A stretch of 41,445 nt of DNA from a virus (taxonomy: Duplodnaviria > Caudoviricetes): positions 1-41,445 of IMG/VR virus record IMGVR_UViG_3300045557_000070; one strand, given 5' to 3'. Made by a program: the position numbers and the translations under genes. The notes under the pieces were generated by a model. That model ran no database searches and was not told the DNA's origin. It saw only the letters and a program-made list of their open reading frames with translations. Below are positions 32,143-40,308 of the stretch, piece after piece. Numbering within the stretch: the stretch's first letter is position 1; every line of letters begins with the position of its first letter.

Positions 32143-34029
32143 CTACTTAAATGGGAGCTCTGCCTGACCATTATCAGCAATTTTGACAAATCCGTCCTTA
32201 TCTACATCATTGTTGAGTTTGAGAAAGACGCACCGGACCTTATTACCATTGAAACTTTTTACTTTGTCCAGAACTTTTCTGCTCTTTATTCCATCTGTTT
32301 GCAAAAGGTCTTTGCGGCTCGCCCAAGAAAGGAATGAAGCCTTTGAGAATCCACCATCTCTGCACAACGCGGTAAATGCAGTGGTATAAATAATCGCATA
32401 GCCACTTTCGATTACGCCCCACTTCTCCATATTCTCGTTGTCCTCATTAAACCGAGCCGGATTCATAGCTACCTTGTCCATGATAAATTGATAGCAGCGT
32501 TCATTGTCTGAAAGTTCATTACGGTCCACCAGGACCTCTTTAGCTTCCTCCAAACTGATATACTCCCCGTCTTTAAAAAGGTAATCCGTAGCGATCTTAT
32601 CCGCCGTGAGGACAATGGAGAGAGATAGGCTCTGCTTCTGCATCTTCTCATCATCGGCCAGCTGCCTTGCAAATTCTTGCTGGATCTCCCTGATCTTCTC
32701 AATACCAAGTTCTTTTATGACCTCAACAAATTCTCGGCCGGCATGTCCGTAATTCCGCTTAACCAGTTCTGCAGTATTGCCAGGGCTTTCAAAAACGCGA
32801 TCGCCGCACTCTATTTCAAGAATACGGTTAATTGCTCCGCCCTGAGTCACATAGGAGCTTAAAGGCCGCTCTCCGTTCGTCAAAATACAGTTCTTCCAGT
32901 GGTTCTCCCGATTCAGTCCCAGGTCTTTATTAGAACGGGTTTTCCCCTTTCCGGAACATAGATCATATACCAGCCCCTCAAAGTTATCTTCGATTTTTCG
33001 GTTCTTTTTGCTGGAATCGTCCAGAATCAAGGGAAGGTTATTTAACAAGTCACAAATAGCCTCCAGTCCTACCTCCGTGCCCTTATAATCCTTTATGTAA
33101 GCACTCTCGTCCGGATCAGCCCAGACCGATGCTGCCACCATCAGGGATACGGTCTTACCGCCTTCCGTTTCTCCCCAGAGATCAACAAAATATGGAAGAC
33201 CACCAAGTGGCTGAACCAGTACGCTGGAAAACGCTGCAGCCAGCATAAACTTGATCTCAATTCTCCCGGCTTTACGCAGGGTTGACATATGATCAAACCA
33301 TTTTATCCGACTTCCGGCTTGTCCAATGCTTTCATAAATCTGCCGGAAGCGCACGTCTCCATCAAAGACAATTTCTGTATCATAAGGCAAGAACCCTCCA
33401 CGGATCCAGCCCAGCTTTGACGTTGAATACTGAACAGCTATATGCTCCTCATTGGCATTTTCCACATCAGCAAGATATCTCACCAAATACTTTGCATTCT
33501 CGCTGGTAACGGCAATCCCACGGCCTGATAATGACACAATCTTATTAGCTGATGTGACCATAGTCTTGGGAACGATGATCTCCTCCCACCGGCCATTCCG
33601 TTTATAGGCCAGCTTGATCTGTTCTTCCCCTGTTTCCAGGTTCTTCAAACGCTCGATCGGAAGAATCGGATGATAGCAGGCCAGTATATCTGTATATCCC
33701 GTAGACGGGTTTCTAAGGCAGATCCCGTTTTCTGTGGCAAGCCATTCCTTGCACTGCATATTGTCATAGGGGCCTGAAAAATTTGTCCAATTATCAAGGT
33801 AGCTGGGCATCCTGCTCTTTTCCCGTTCCTGGCGCTTCATTTCCTTTTCAACCCGTCTAAAGGCGGCCACCATATCCCTGAATTCTGTTTTTACTTTTAG
33901 CTCCGCAGCTCTTACACCGAGGGAAGCAAGGAGCTCCGATCGGTACAGCTCGTCTTCCTGGTCAAAAACTTTTGTCAAAATTTCACTGGATAATATTGTT
34001 TCTGCCGTGAGTTCATTCAACGGCACCAT
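32143..34029 (-). CDS. DUF927-domain replicative helicase-like protein
   Basis: KLGW, Walker A GETEGGKT, PLILDD, YDL.SGKGK.R, TNGE, NYGHAG motifs. Confidence 0.85.
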   Translation of the reverse strand: MVPLNELTAETILSSEILTKVFDQEDELYRSELLASLGVRAAELKVKTEFRDMVAAFRRVEKEMKRQEREKSRMPSYLDNWTNFSGPYDNMQCKEWLATENGICLRNPSTGYTDILACYHPILPIERLKNLETGEEQIKLAYKRNGRWEEIIVPKTMVTSANKIVSLSGRGIAVTSENAKYLVRYLADVENANEEHIAVQYSTSKLGWIRGGFLPYDTEIVFDGDVRFRQIYESIGQAGSRIKWFDHMSTLRKAGRIEIKFMLAAAFSSVLVQPLGGLPYFVDLWGETEGGKTVSLMVAASVWADPDESAYIKDYKGTEVGLEAICDLLNNLPLILDDSSKKNRKIEDNFEGLVYDLCSGKGKTRSNKDLGLNRENHWKNCILTNGERPLSSYVTQGGAINRILEIECGDRVFESPGNTAELVKRNYGHAGREFVEVIKELGIEKIREIQQEFARQLADDEKMQKQSLSLSIVLTADKIATDYLFKDGEYISLEEAKEVLVDRNELSDNERCYQFIMDKVAMNPARFNEDNENMEKWGVIESGYAIIYTTAFTALCRDGGFSKASFLSWASRKDLLQTDGIKSRKVLDKVKSFNGNKVRCVFLKLNNDVDKDGFVKIADNGQAELPFK

Positions 34030-34030
34030 G

Positions 34031-34531
34031 CTACCACCTCGCTTCTATTTCATTTAATTCTGCCTGCACATAAAGCTGATATTGCAAGGCATTGTAACTA
34101 TCACACCAGACGTCACTGAAAGGCTCTGAACGGTCCATATATGCCCGGAAAACACCTATGAGCATACAGTTGAGCCATTTCTTTTTATCGAGCCTCTCCT
34201 GCTCTTTCCTCAGCATGTCCCGGTGCTTCTGGGACTTATAAACGGTCAGCCTGGAGGCAAAAGTCGGCTTTTCATAGGTTCCTCCAAGGACATGAAACGC
34301 CTCTTTAAAGGAAATACTTTCCATCAGTTCTACAAAAGAAAAGATGTCTCCGTTGGCTCCACAGGCATGACAGTGAAAATCCCGGTCGTAAACCTTAAGG
34401 GAAGCCTGCCGGTCCCCCTCATGGAAGGGGCAGGAAATGAACCCCCTCCTATTCAATTGAAAGCCGTACTGGGAAACAATATCCCTCATGCTGTATGTAG
34501 ACTTAATCTCTTCTACCGTCAATTCAATCAC
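34031..34531 (-). CDS. CHC2 zinc-finger protein (primase-type Zn domain)
   Basis: CPFH.....AS.......FHCHACG..GDIF.FV. Confidence 0.88.
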   Translation of the reverse strand: MIELTVEEIKSTYSMRDIVSQYGFQLNRRGFISCPFHEGDRQASLKVYDRDFHCHACGANGDIFSFVELMESISFKEAFHVLGGTYEKPTFASRLTVYKSQKHRDMLRKEQERLDKKKWLNCMLIGVFRAYMDRSEPFSDVWCDSYNALQYQLYVQAELNEIEARW

Positions 34532-35045
34532 ACCTCTGCAAATATTCCTTAAGCTCTCGATGCAGGATATCCCTAATTAGCTTTCCAGTTGTCTCAGGCT
34601 TGCAAAAATCAAGCTGCATTCCATACCTTGCCCGAAAAGCATCAATACTGGCAACCAACGCCTGCGGCTTTAGGAGACTGCGATATTTCCCGTTATAAGC
34701 CTTTTCCCAGTTATCTCCCTCTACCAGCAGATAAACTTTTGTCCCAGCTTCTGCAGCCCGTTCAAATTCGCGTTCAAACCGGGGCCGCTCCTTTCCAAAA
34801 CACATGCATAGTTCGTCCAGGTTCATTTTCCGCTCAATAACCACCTTGGTAGAGAAATCGAAAGACTCCTCTCCAGGAAGTGTACATTTGCATGAATAAT
34901 CCCCAACGGCCAGTTTCTGACGCTCATAAGGTAGCCCCGTGGCCTCCAGGCGCTTTTTAAGACGCTTCGTTGGCTGCTCTCTTGTGTCTACCAGCAGAAC
35001 CATAGATTCCACGCAGCGGTCAATTTCAAAGTTCGTATATGCCAT
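34524..35045 (-). CDS. ERCC4-domain nuclease (resolvase-like)
   Basis: VDTREQ, L.VGDY and IERK...EL motifs. Confidence 0.9.
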   Translation of the reverse strand: MAYTNFEIDRCVESMVLLVDTREQPTKRLKKRLEATGLPYERQKLAVGDYSCKCTLPGEESFDFSTKVVIERKMNLDELCMCFGKERPRFEREFERAAEAGTKVYLLVEGDNWEKAYNGKYRSLLKPQALVASIDAFRARYGMQLDFCKPETTGKLIRDILHRELKEYLQRCD

Positions 35046-35054
35046 ACAACCACC

Positions 35055-35660
35055 TTAGTTAAAGGGTAGACCTTCATCTTCTACGCCGTCTGGAATGTTC
35101 ATAAAGCCATCTCCGATAGGATTTGTAAATGGTCCGGCCTGAGCCTGCCCGTTCCCCTTCTTTAATAAGGTATCTCCCGGTACTTCAAATTTTCCAGATC
35201 TTACTTTTTCTGCCGATACAAGGCTATGACAGTTCGTGAAGAAACCTCGGCGACCTTCAAACTCATACTCTTTGTTATTGAATAAAGCTCCAATCTGCTT
35301 ACCCTTTAATGTCTGCTCGTCCCAATTCCAGTGATAGCCTGAATTGGATTCCTCAAAGTTGGTGATTGCTGTTTTGAACCTTCGCATTGTCCATTCGTCC
35401 TGCTCACTTCCGTCATCCTTAGGCACCCGTATCCGATATGTACCTTTCCACTTTTTATCCTCGCTGGTTTGGGCTTTATAGTTGTTGGAGAAGAAATCTT
35501 TCTGCTCTCCCTCAAATACATCAAACGAAAGCTGTATCACATCTCCCCACTCATTTGTCTGATACTTTACATCTAAAATTTTTAATACATATCCACCAAC
35601 CGGAAGTCGTCCCGTGTCGGAATAAGCCTGTGCCTGTGTATAACCATTTAATTGTCTCAT
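35055..35660 (-). CDS. Single-stranded DNA-binding protein-like
   Basis: LP.GGYV.KI, acidic tail DGFMNIPDGVEDEGLPFN; follows the Sak4-like gene. Confidence 0.7.
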   Translation of the reverse strand: MRQLNGYTQAQAYSDTGRLPVGGYVLKILDVKYQTNEWGDVIQLSFDVFEGEQKDFFSNNYKAQTSEDKKWKGTYRIRVPKDDGSEQDEWTMRRFKTAITNFEESNSGYHWNWDEQTLKGKQIGALFNNKEYEFEGRRGFFTNCHSLVSAEKVRSGKFEVPGDTLLKKGNGQAQAGPFTNPIGDGFMNIPDGVEDEGLPFN

Positions 35661-36302
35661 TTAAAATTCCTCCAATGCTTGAATTACTTGTACAATGTCA
35701 TTTTCTATTTCAAAGGTATCAAATGCCCCCAACGGGGATTTTGCTGTGCTGTTTTTGGCCTGCGTCTCAAACAGATATTTTCCATCAACGCTTTTTGAAA
35801 GAAGAACCGTTGTAAATTTGCTTTCGAGAACAATCTTATCCAGCTTCTTCCCGGAAGTCTTAATCCTGGTGAACATATAGCCATTTTCATCATGATCCGT
35901 CTGTGTATGAGCCGTAAAAATAACCGTCAGATCGTCGCGGTAGTCGTAGCACTCACAAACCAGATCCCAGACACATGCAGCCAGATCCACCCACTTGTCA
36001 AATCCTTTCTCCTTACTCCGGCGCATTTCATCTGCCACCATAAGGCCATTAATCGTATCAATTACAATGGTCTTAATTCGAGGACAATCCTGTGCCAGCT
36101 TTTTAATATACATCCGAACCACATTAGCGTCATCGCATTTTAAGTAGTTCTTATTCTCCTCGTTATACTGACCTCTCCAGCCTTTCCAGGACAGTCCTTT
36201 CTTGTCCGCATCTATGTAATATGTAGATTTGGGATCTAAATTCCTCATGGAAGTTGTCTTCCCAGAACCGGACTCACCTGCAATACAGATTACTTTTGAC
36301 AT
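35661..36302 (-). CDS. AAA_24 / Sak4-like ATPase recombinase
   Basis: GESGSGKTTS, IVIDT and TAKSP.G.F motifs. Confidence 0.85.
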   Translation of the reverse strand: MSKVICIAGESGSGKTTSMRNLDPKSTYYIDADKKGLSWKGWRGQYNEENKNYLKCDDANVVRMYIKKLAQDCPRIKTIVIDTINGLMVADEMRRSKEKGFDKWVDLAACVWDLVCECYDYRDDLTVIFTAHTQTDHDENGYMFTRIKTSGKKLDKIVLESKFTTVLLSKSVDGKYLFETQAKNSTAKSPLGAFDTFEIENDIVQVIQALEEF

Positions 36303-36511
36303 TACATTTCCTCCTTATCTTCTCTATATACTCTTATGAAATCTCCCGAAAAGAACCAGTCTACCATTGCATTCTGGAATTCTTCTTTCAGAGAGGGATC
36401 TGTATTAATTTGTTCCGTAACATAATCAAAAGCCCGATCCTTTTCTATATCGATTCCCTTTTGTGAGCAAATGCCTTGATAGCCTATAAAATCCTTTTCT
36501 GTCTTTAACAT
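36302..36511 (-). CDS. Hypothetical protein
   Basis: GGAGG RBS; 69 aa. Confidence 0.6.
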   Translation of the reverse strand: MLKTEKDFIGYQGICSQKGIDIEKDRAFDYVTEQINTDPSLKEEFQNAMVDWFFSGDFIRVYREDKEEM

Positions 36512-36512
36512 C

Positions 36513-36665
36513 TTAATCCTCCAAAAATTCCGCAGCTTCCATTTTGTTCATTTCAGTCAGTACAAAATGATATACTTCCTTATCCTCCAGATCCTTCTCG
36601 CTGTTTTCATAATCAGTCAGTTTCTCCCTGAGAAGAATCCAGAGCTTACGATATTTCTTACTCAT
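36513..36665 (-). CDS. Hypothetical protein (50 aa, absent from ORF track)
   Basis: MSKKYRKLWILLREKLTDY...EAAEFLED fills the operon gap; GAGG RBS. Confidence 0.6.
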   Translation of the reverse strand: MSKKYRKLWILLREKLTDYENSEKDLEDKEVYHFVLTEMNKMEAAEFLED

Positions 36666-36840
36666 CTTTTTCTACCTCTACGGGAAGCTCAAATCCCAAA
36701 ATGCTAGCAATGTCCTCCCGCGAAATATTGTAATCACTTTTAATAGTAAATGCTTTTAAGGCTTCTGTTCGCGCCATAGCACGTATTCCATTCTCATAAC
36801 TGGCTAAAGATACATTAACCATAATAGTTCCATCTTCCAT
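36658..36840 (-). CDS. Hypothetical protein
   Basis: AGGAGG RBS; 60 aa. Confidence 0.6.
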   Translation of the reverse strand: MEDGTIMVNVSLASYENGIRAMARTEALKAFTIKSDYNISREDIASILGFELPVEVEKDE

Positions 36841-36841
36841 C

Positions 36842-36870
36842 TTGATTTCCTCCTGAGCCCTATGTATAAT
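36842..36870 (+). promoter_or_regulatory. Candidate antisense promoter within the early operon
   Basis: TTGATT-17 bp-TATAAT. Confidence 0.55.
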
Positions 36871-36881
36871 AAGGGTGTAAA

Positions 36882-37130
36882 TTAATTACCAGTTACTTGG
36901 ATTCCCTGGCTGTTCCCGCAGCTGGGGTCTCTTTTATCCTTCCGGCATATATCGATTATCTTGATCATCTCATCATAAAACTTCGTCATAAACGGGTCGA
37001 CTTGTCCATCAACCTTACTAATCCAGTCCGCTATAAAGGCCTCATAGTCTATGTCACTCATTGGAATACACTTTTCAATGAGCTCTTTTACTGCCTGCAA
37101 AAGTTGGTTGTCCAGTTCTTGATTCACCAT
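36882..37130 (-). CDS. Hypothetical protein
   Basis: GAGGGGG RBS; 82 aa. Confidence 0.55.
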   Translation of the reverse strand: MVNQELDNQLLQAVKELIEKCIPMSDIDYEAFIADWISKVDGQVDPFMTKFYDEMIKIIDICRKDKRDPSCGNSQGIQVTGN

Positions 37131-37305
37131 GGCTTGCCCCCTCTCGCATCACTTCCAACGAGCCGCATACCGCAAACAGCAAGGCCAAGCTTGCCAGAAA
37201 AATAAGTGCCATCTTCATATAGCATATAACCTTGTCCATTACGGGGTGTCTGCTTTGGTCAGTGTAATCATCTAAGTTATCAAAGTACTTTTGCATTGCC
37301 TTCAC
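37075..37305 (-). CDS. Small membrane protein
   Basis: One TM segment; start overlaps the xis stop (GTGA). Confidence 0.55.
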   Translation of the reverse strand: MKAMQKYFDNLDDYTDQSRHPVMDKVICYMKMALIFLASLALLFAVCGSLEVMREGASHGESRTGQPTFAGSKRAH

Positions 37306-37487
37306 CCCTTACTTTCTTCTGCTAATTTAAGCAGATACTGATCCCACTTGTTTACATCCACCTGCCATCTGCGGCCTACGCGGATTGCTGGGGATCCTTT
37401 TCTTTTAAACAAGGATTCTATCGTGTTGTGGCTTATGCCGTGGCGATCAACACAGTCCTTGATTGTTAGGAATTGCTTGTCCGACAT
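37302..37487 (-). CDS. Excisionase-like winged-helix protein
   Basis: FLTIK......GIS...I.......G.PAIRVGRRW.V. Confidence 0.75.
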   Translation of the reverse strand: MSDKQFLTIKDCVDRHGISHNTIESLFKRKGSPAIRVGRRWQVDVNKWDQYLLKLAEESKG

Positions 37488-37606
37488 TGTTCTCCCTCCT
37501 CTCATAATCCTTGCATAGGTACCGACGGCTACGATCAGGGCTGCGATTGCGGTACCGTCAGGACTTGCATGATAATGTAATTTCTATATGTATCACCATA
37601 TCCTTC

Positions 37607-37635
37607 TTGTAAAATTTTCCATTTTTCCTTATACT
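37607..37635 (+). promoter_or_regulatory. Promoter of the DUF2513-like gene
   Basis: TTGTAA-17 bp-TATACT. Confidence 0.6.
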
Positions 37636-37684
37636 GTTCTTACAGTCCATACTGGACCGAGTACAAAAGAAAGGGGAGTTTTTT

Positions 37685-38074
37685 ATGAAACTTAATCCCG
37701 AGTGCATAAGAGATATTTTATTTGAAATCGAATCAGAAACATCTTTCGGCATATCATTCGAATATGAGCCAACAAGAGGAAAAGTAACTGAACGTCTTCA
37801 AAAATATGAACCGGAAGAAGTTTTTTATCACATAAAGCAATGTGAATTAAATGGTTATTTATACAATGTCTCTTGGTATATGGATCCCAGTTGCATGGTG
37901 ACTGATCTGATGCCAAAAGCACACTCTTTCCTATCAGATATTCGTGAAGATACCAATTGGAGTAAAACCAAAGAAATTTCTAAAAAGGTTGGTTCCGCAT
38001 CTCTAAACGCATTAACAGAAATAGCAACTGGTGTTATTTCTTCTCTGATTCAAAAGCAACTTGGCCTACAATGA
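37685..38074 (+). CDS. DUF2513-like protein
   Basis: MKLN.ECIRDIL..IE, YHI.Q....G, FL..IR..T.W.K.K; own promoter and terminator. Confidence 0.75.
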   Translation: MKLNPECIRDILFEIESETSFGISFEYEPTRGKVTERLQKYEPEEVFYHIKQCELNGYLYNVSWYMDPSCMVTDLMPKAHSFLSDIREDTNWSKTKEISKKVGSASLNALTEIATGVISSLIQKQLGLQ

Positions 38075-38201
38075 CAGAAAGCACAATTCTAAGCTCCGCT
38101 GGTTGTCTGGCGGAGCATTTTAATTCATAGCCCGCTACATGCTCCAACTTCTTTTCATCGAGGAAAATATTCCCTTTAGAATCCACTGTCAATTTATGCA
38201 C
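38034..38201 (-). CDS. Hypothetical protein (55 aa, absent from ORF track)
   Basis: AGGAGG RBS, GTG start; MHKLTVDSKGNIFLDEKKLEHVAGYELK... Confidence 0.6.
   Translation of the reverse strand: MHKLTVDSKGNIFLDEKKLEHVAGYELKCSARQPAELRIVLSVIVGQVAFESEKK
38093..38121 (+). terminator. Putative terminator of the DUF2513-like gene
   Basis: GCTCCGC..GCGGAGC followed by ATTTT. Confidence 0.55.
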
Positions 38202-38205
38202 TCTC

Positions 38206-38427
38206 TCACCTCCTCCTTTTCAATGTACTGTTATGTATCCTTGAGTCTTCTAGTAAGCTGTCTACGGTTACACCCAATAATTTTGCAACCCTTTGAATCT
38301 TATCTACAGACGGAATGTTCTCATTCCACTTACAAATGCTACCTTTTGAAAGTTCTGCATCCTTTTCTAATTTGTAAATTGAAATTCCTTTTTCCTCTGC
38401 GAGAGCTCTTATCTTGTCGAAAAACAC
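38206..38427 (-). CDS. Cro-like XRE repressor
   Basis: XRE HTH, first gene of the lytic operon, divergent from CI; AGGAGG RBS. Confidence 0.88.
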   Translation of the reverse strand: MFFDKIRALAEEKGISIYKLEKDAELSKGSICKWNENIPSVDKIQRVAKLLGVTVDSLLEDSRIHNSTLKRRR

Positions 38428-38444
38428 AAAAACACCTCCTTAAT

Positions 38445-38646
38445 TGAAAATTTTCATCTAAAACTATTGACATATAGGCGAAAATATTCTATCATCTTTA
38501 TAGATAAACTGATTTTTTTCATGCTACATAACTTCTGAATTGGCATTCATTGAGTGGCAAGGGCATTTACTTGAATATTTTCATGTCATGCCTTTATATT
38601 ACATGAATATTTTCAGTTTGTCAATGGTTTTTCCGGAAAATTTTCA
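38445..38646. promoter_or_regulatory. Genetic switch: operators TGAAWATTTTCA and two convergent promoters
   Basis: Operators at 38445, 38572, 38604 and 38635 (weaker at 38479, 38510); plus-strand TTGACA-17-TATCAT (38467-38495); minus-strand TTGACA-17-TAATAT (38624-38596). Confidence 0.8.
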
Positions 38647-38667
38647 TGTAATTTAAGGAGGCATAAA

Positions 38668-38976
38668 ATGTCACTAAAAGAACGTATTCGTGAACTTTGC
38701 AAGATTAATGGGATTAGTATTCCAAACCTTGAAAGTGAGCTTGGTTTCGGCAGTGGTACCATTTCAAAATGGGACAAGTCTGCGCCGTCAGTAGATAAGT
38801 TACAGAAGATTGCAGAACGTTTTGATGTATCAATGGATTTTCTAACAACAGGACAAGAGTATAATCGCGCTCCTGAAACTTTAGCTGCTCATTTTGACGG
38901 GGGTGATCTGTCAGAAGAGGAGATGGAAGAAATTATGAATTACGTTGAGTTTGTGAAAAGCAGACGAAATAAATAG
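38668..38976 (+). CDS. CI/ImmR-like repressor
   Basis: XRE HTH plus TLAAHFDG..L.EEE..EI..Y.EF C-terminus; upstream of the ImmA-like gene. Confidence 0.9.
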   Translation: MSLKERIRELCKINGISIPNLESELGFGSGTISKWDKSAPSVDKLQKIAERFDVSMDFLTTGQEYNRAPETLAAHFDGGDLSEEEMEEIMNYVEFVKSRRNK

Positions 38977-38999
38977 AATTATGCGGGGGCAACAGAGTA

Positions 39000-39479
39000 A
39001 TGAATGAGTTAGAAAAAGAAGAACAGGAAGCGGCAGACGTTGGTTTACACATCGACTATGTTCCTTTTAAGAGTGAAAATATTAAAGGCTTATACTGTGA
39101 TGGGTCTATAGCAATTAGTAATCGCGTTGAAACGTGTGTAGAAAAAGCATGTATACTTGCTGAAGAATTAGGGCACCATCATACATCTTCTGGTATAATT
39201 TTAAATATGGAAAGTACCGCTAATCAGAAACAGGAAAATTTTGCAAGGCTCTGGGCCTATAATAAAATGGTCACAATAGAAAAAATAATTTCCGCTAAGG
39301 AAGCTGGTTGCTGTAATCGATATGAGATTGCTGAACATCTTTGTGTAACTGAGTCTTTTCTCCAAGATGCAATAGATTGTTATCATTCAAAGTATGGCCT
39401 CGGCTTCCAAAAGGGTGAATACATAATATTATTTGAGCCATTCAATATCTATAGAATGACGGGAAGTGTATCGAAATAG
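39000..39479 (+). CDS. ImmA/IrrE-family metallopeptidase (antirepressor)
   Basis: GLY.DG.IAI, LAEELGHH.T, QE..AR.WA motifs. Confidence 0.88.
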   Translation: MNELEKEEQEAADVGLHIDYVPFKSENIKGLYCDGSIAISNRVETCVEKACILAEELGHHHTSSGIILNMESTANQKQENFARLWAYNKMVTIEKIISAKEAGCCNRYEIAEHLCVTESFLQDAIDCYHSKYGLGFQKGEYIILFEPFNIYRMTGSVSK

Positions 39480-39542
39480 AAGTTTTACATTAAGATTAAA
39501 ATAGCCATAGGCTTTTTAATAATATTTTTAAGAAAGAAGGAA

Positions 39543-40115
39543 ATGAGTATGGGAAAAGAAAAACCAACAACAAAAATTTGTAAGCATTGCAAAACAGAGA
39601 TACCTTATGGTGCAAAGATATGTCCGCAGTGCCGCAAAAAGCAAAAAGGAAAAGGCGGCTTAATTGCCATAGCTGCTGTTGTCGTGATAGGAATTATTGG
39701 CGCGGCATCAGGAGGTGGCTCTAATAAGACCCAAGCCGGACCTGCCGCAGAAGCCGGAGCTAAAGTTACAACCGCAGAAGTTACGGAAGCAGCAATTGAA
39801 TATACTGCTTATAGTGTGGGCGATATGATGAGTGATTTAAAAGCAAACGCCCTGAATGCAAGTGAGAAATACAAAGGACAGTATGTGGAAATCACGGGAG
39901 AACTTAGCAATATAGACTCAGATGGCAAATATATATCTTTAACACCTTCAGATGAAGCTTTTGCAATTATCGGCGTTCAATGTTATATAAAGAATGATGA
40001 TCAGAAAAGCAAGGTCGCAGGAATGACAAAAGGCGAAGCTGTTACTTTAAAAGGAAAGGTGACACAAGTAGGCGAGGTATTAGGATATTCACTTGATATT
40101 ACAGAAATAAATTAA
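39543..40115 (+). CDS. Membrane-anchored protein: Zn ribbon, TM helix, OB-fold-like domain
   Basis: CKHC..CPQC, hydrophobic helix, N...A.EKYKG..V.ITG motif. Confidence 0.75.
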   Translation: MSMGKEKPTTKICKHCKTEIPYGAKICPQCRKKQKGKGGLIAIAAVVVIGIIGAASGGGSNKTQAGPAAEAGAKVTTAEVTEAAIEYTAYSVGDMMSDLKANALNASEKYKGQYVEITGELSNIDSDGKYISLTPSDEAFAIIGVQCYIKNDDQKSKVAGMTKGEAVTLKGKVTQVGEVLGYSLDITEIN

Positions 40116-40308
40116 ATATGAATTACAAAAACCGCCCGGTGCTGGTAACACCGAACGGCTTTACATAGATTTCTCTTACCGGACTTCCGGAAAGATATAA
40201 CTACCTAGTCAGTAGAATTATATCATTTTCGAAACGTCCTGGCAAGGGGCGTATTTTTGTACCCAAAAATAAGTTGTGACATCACAACTCACGAAAGGAA
40301 ATGATATT

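Noticed and set aside
37505-37752. 64 aa minus-strand ORF and a possible N-terminal extension of xis
   Set aside because: Overlaps the DUF2513-like gene and its promoter; the extension frame is closed by TAG and has no start codon
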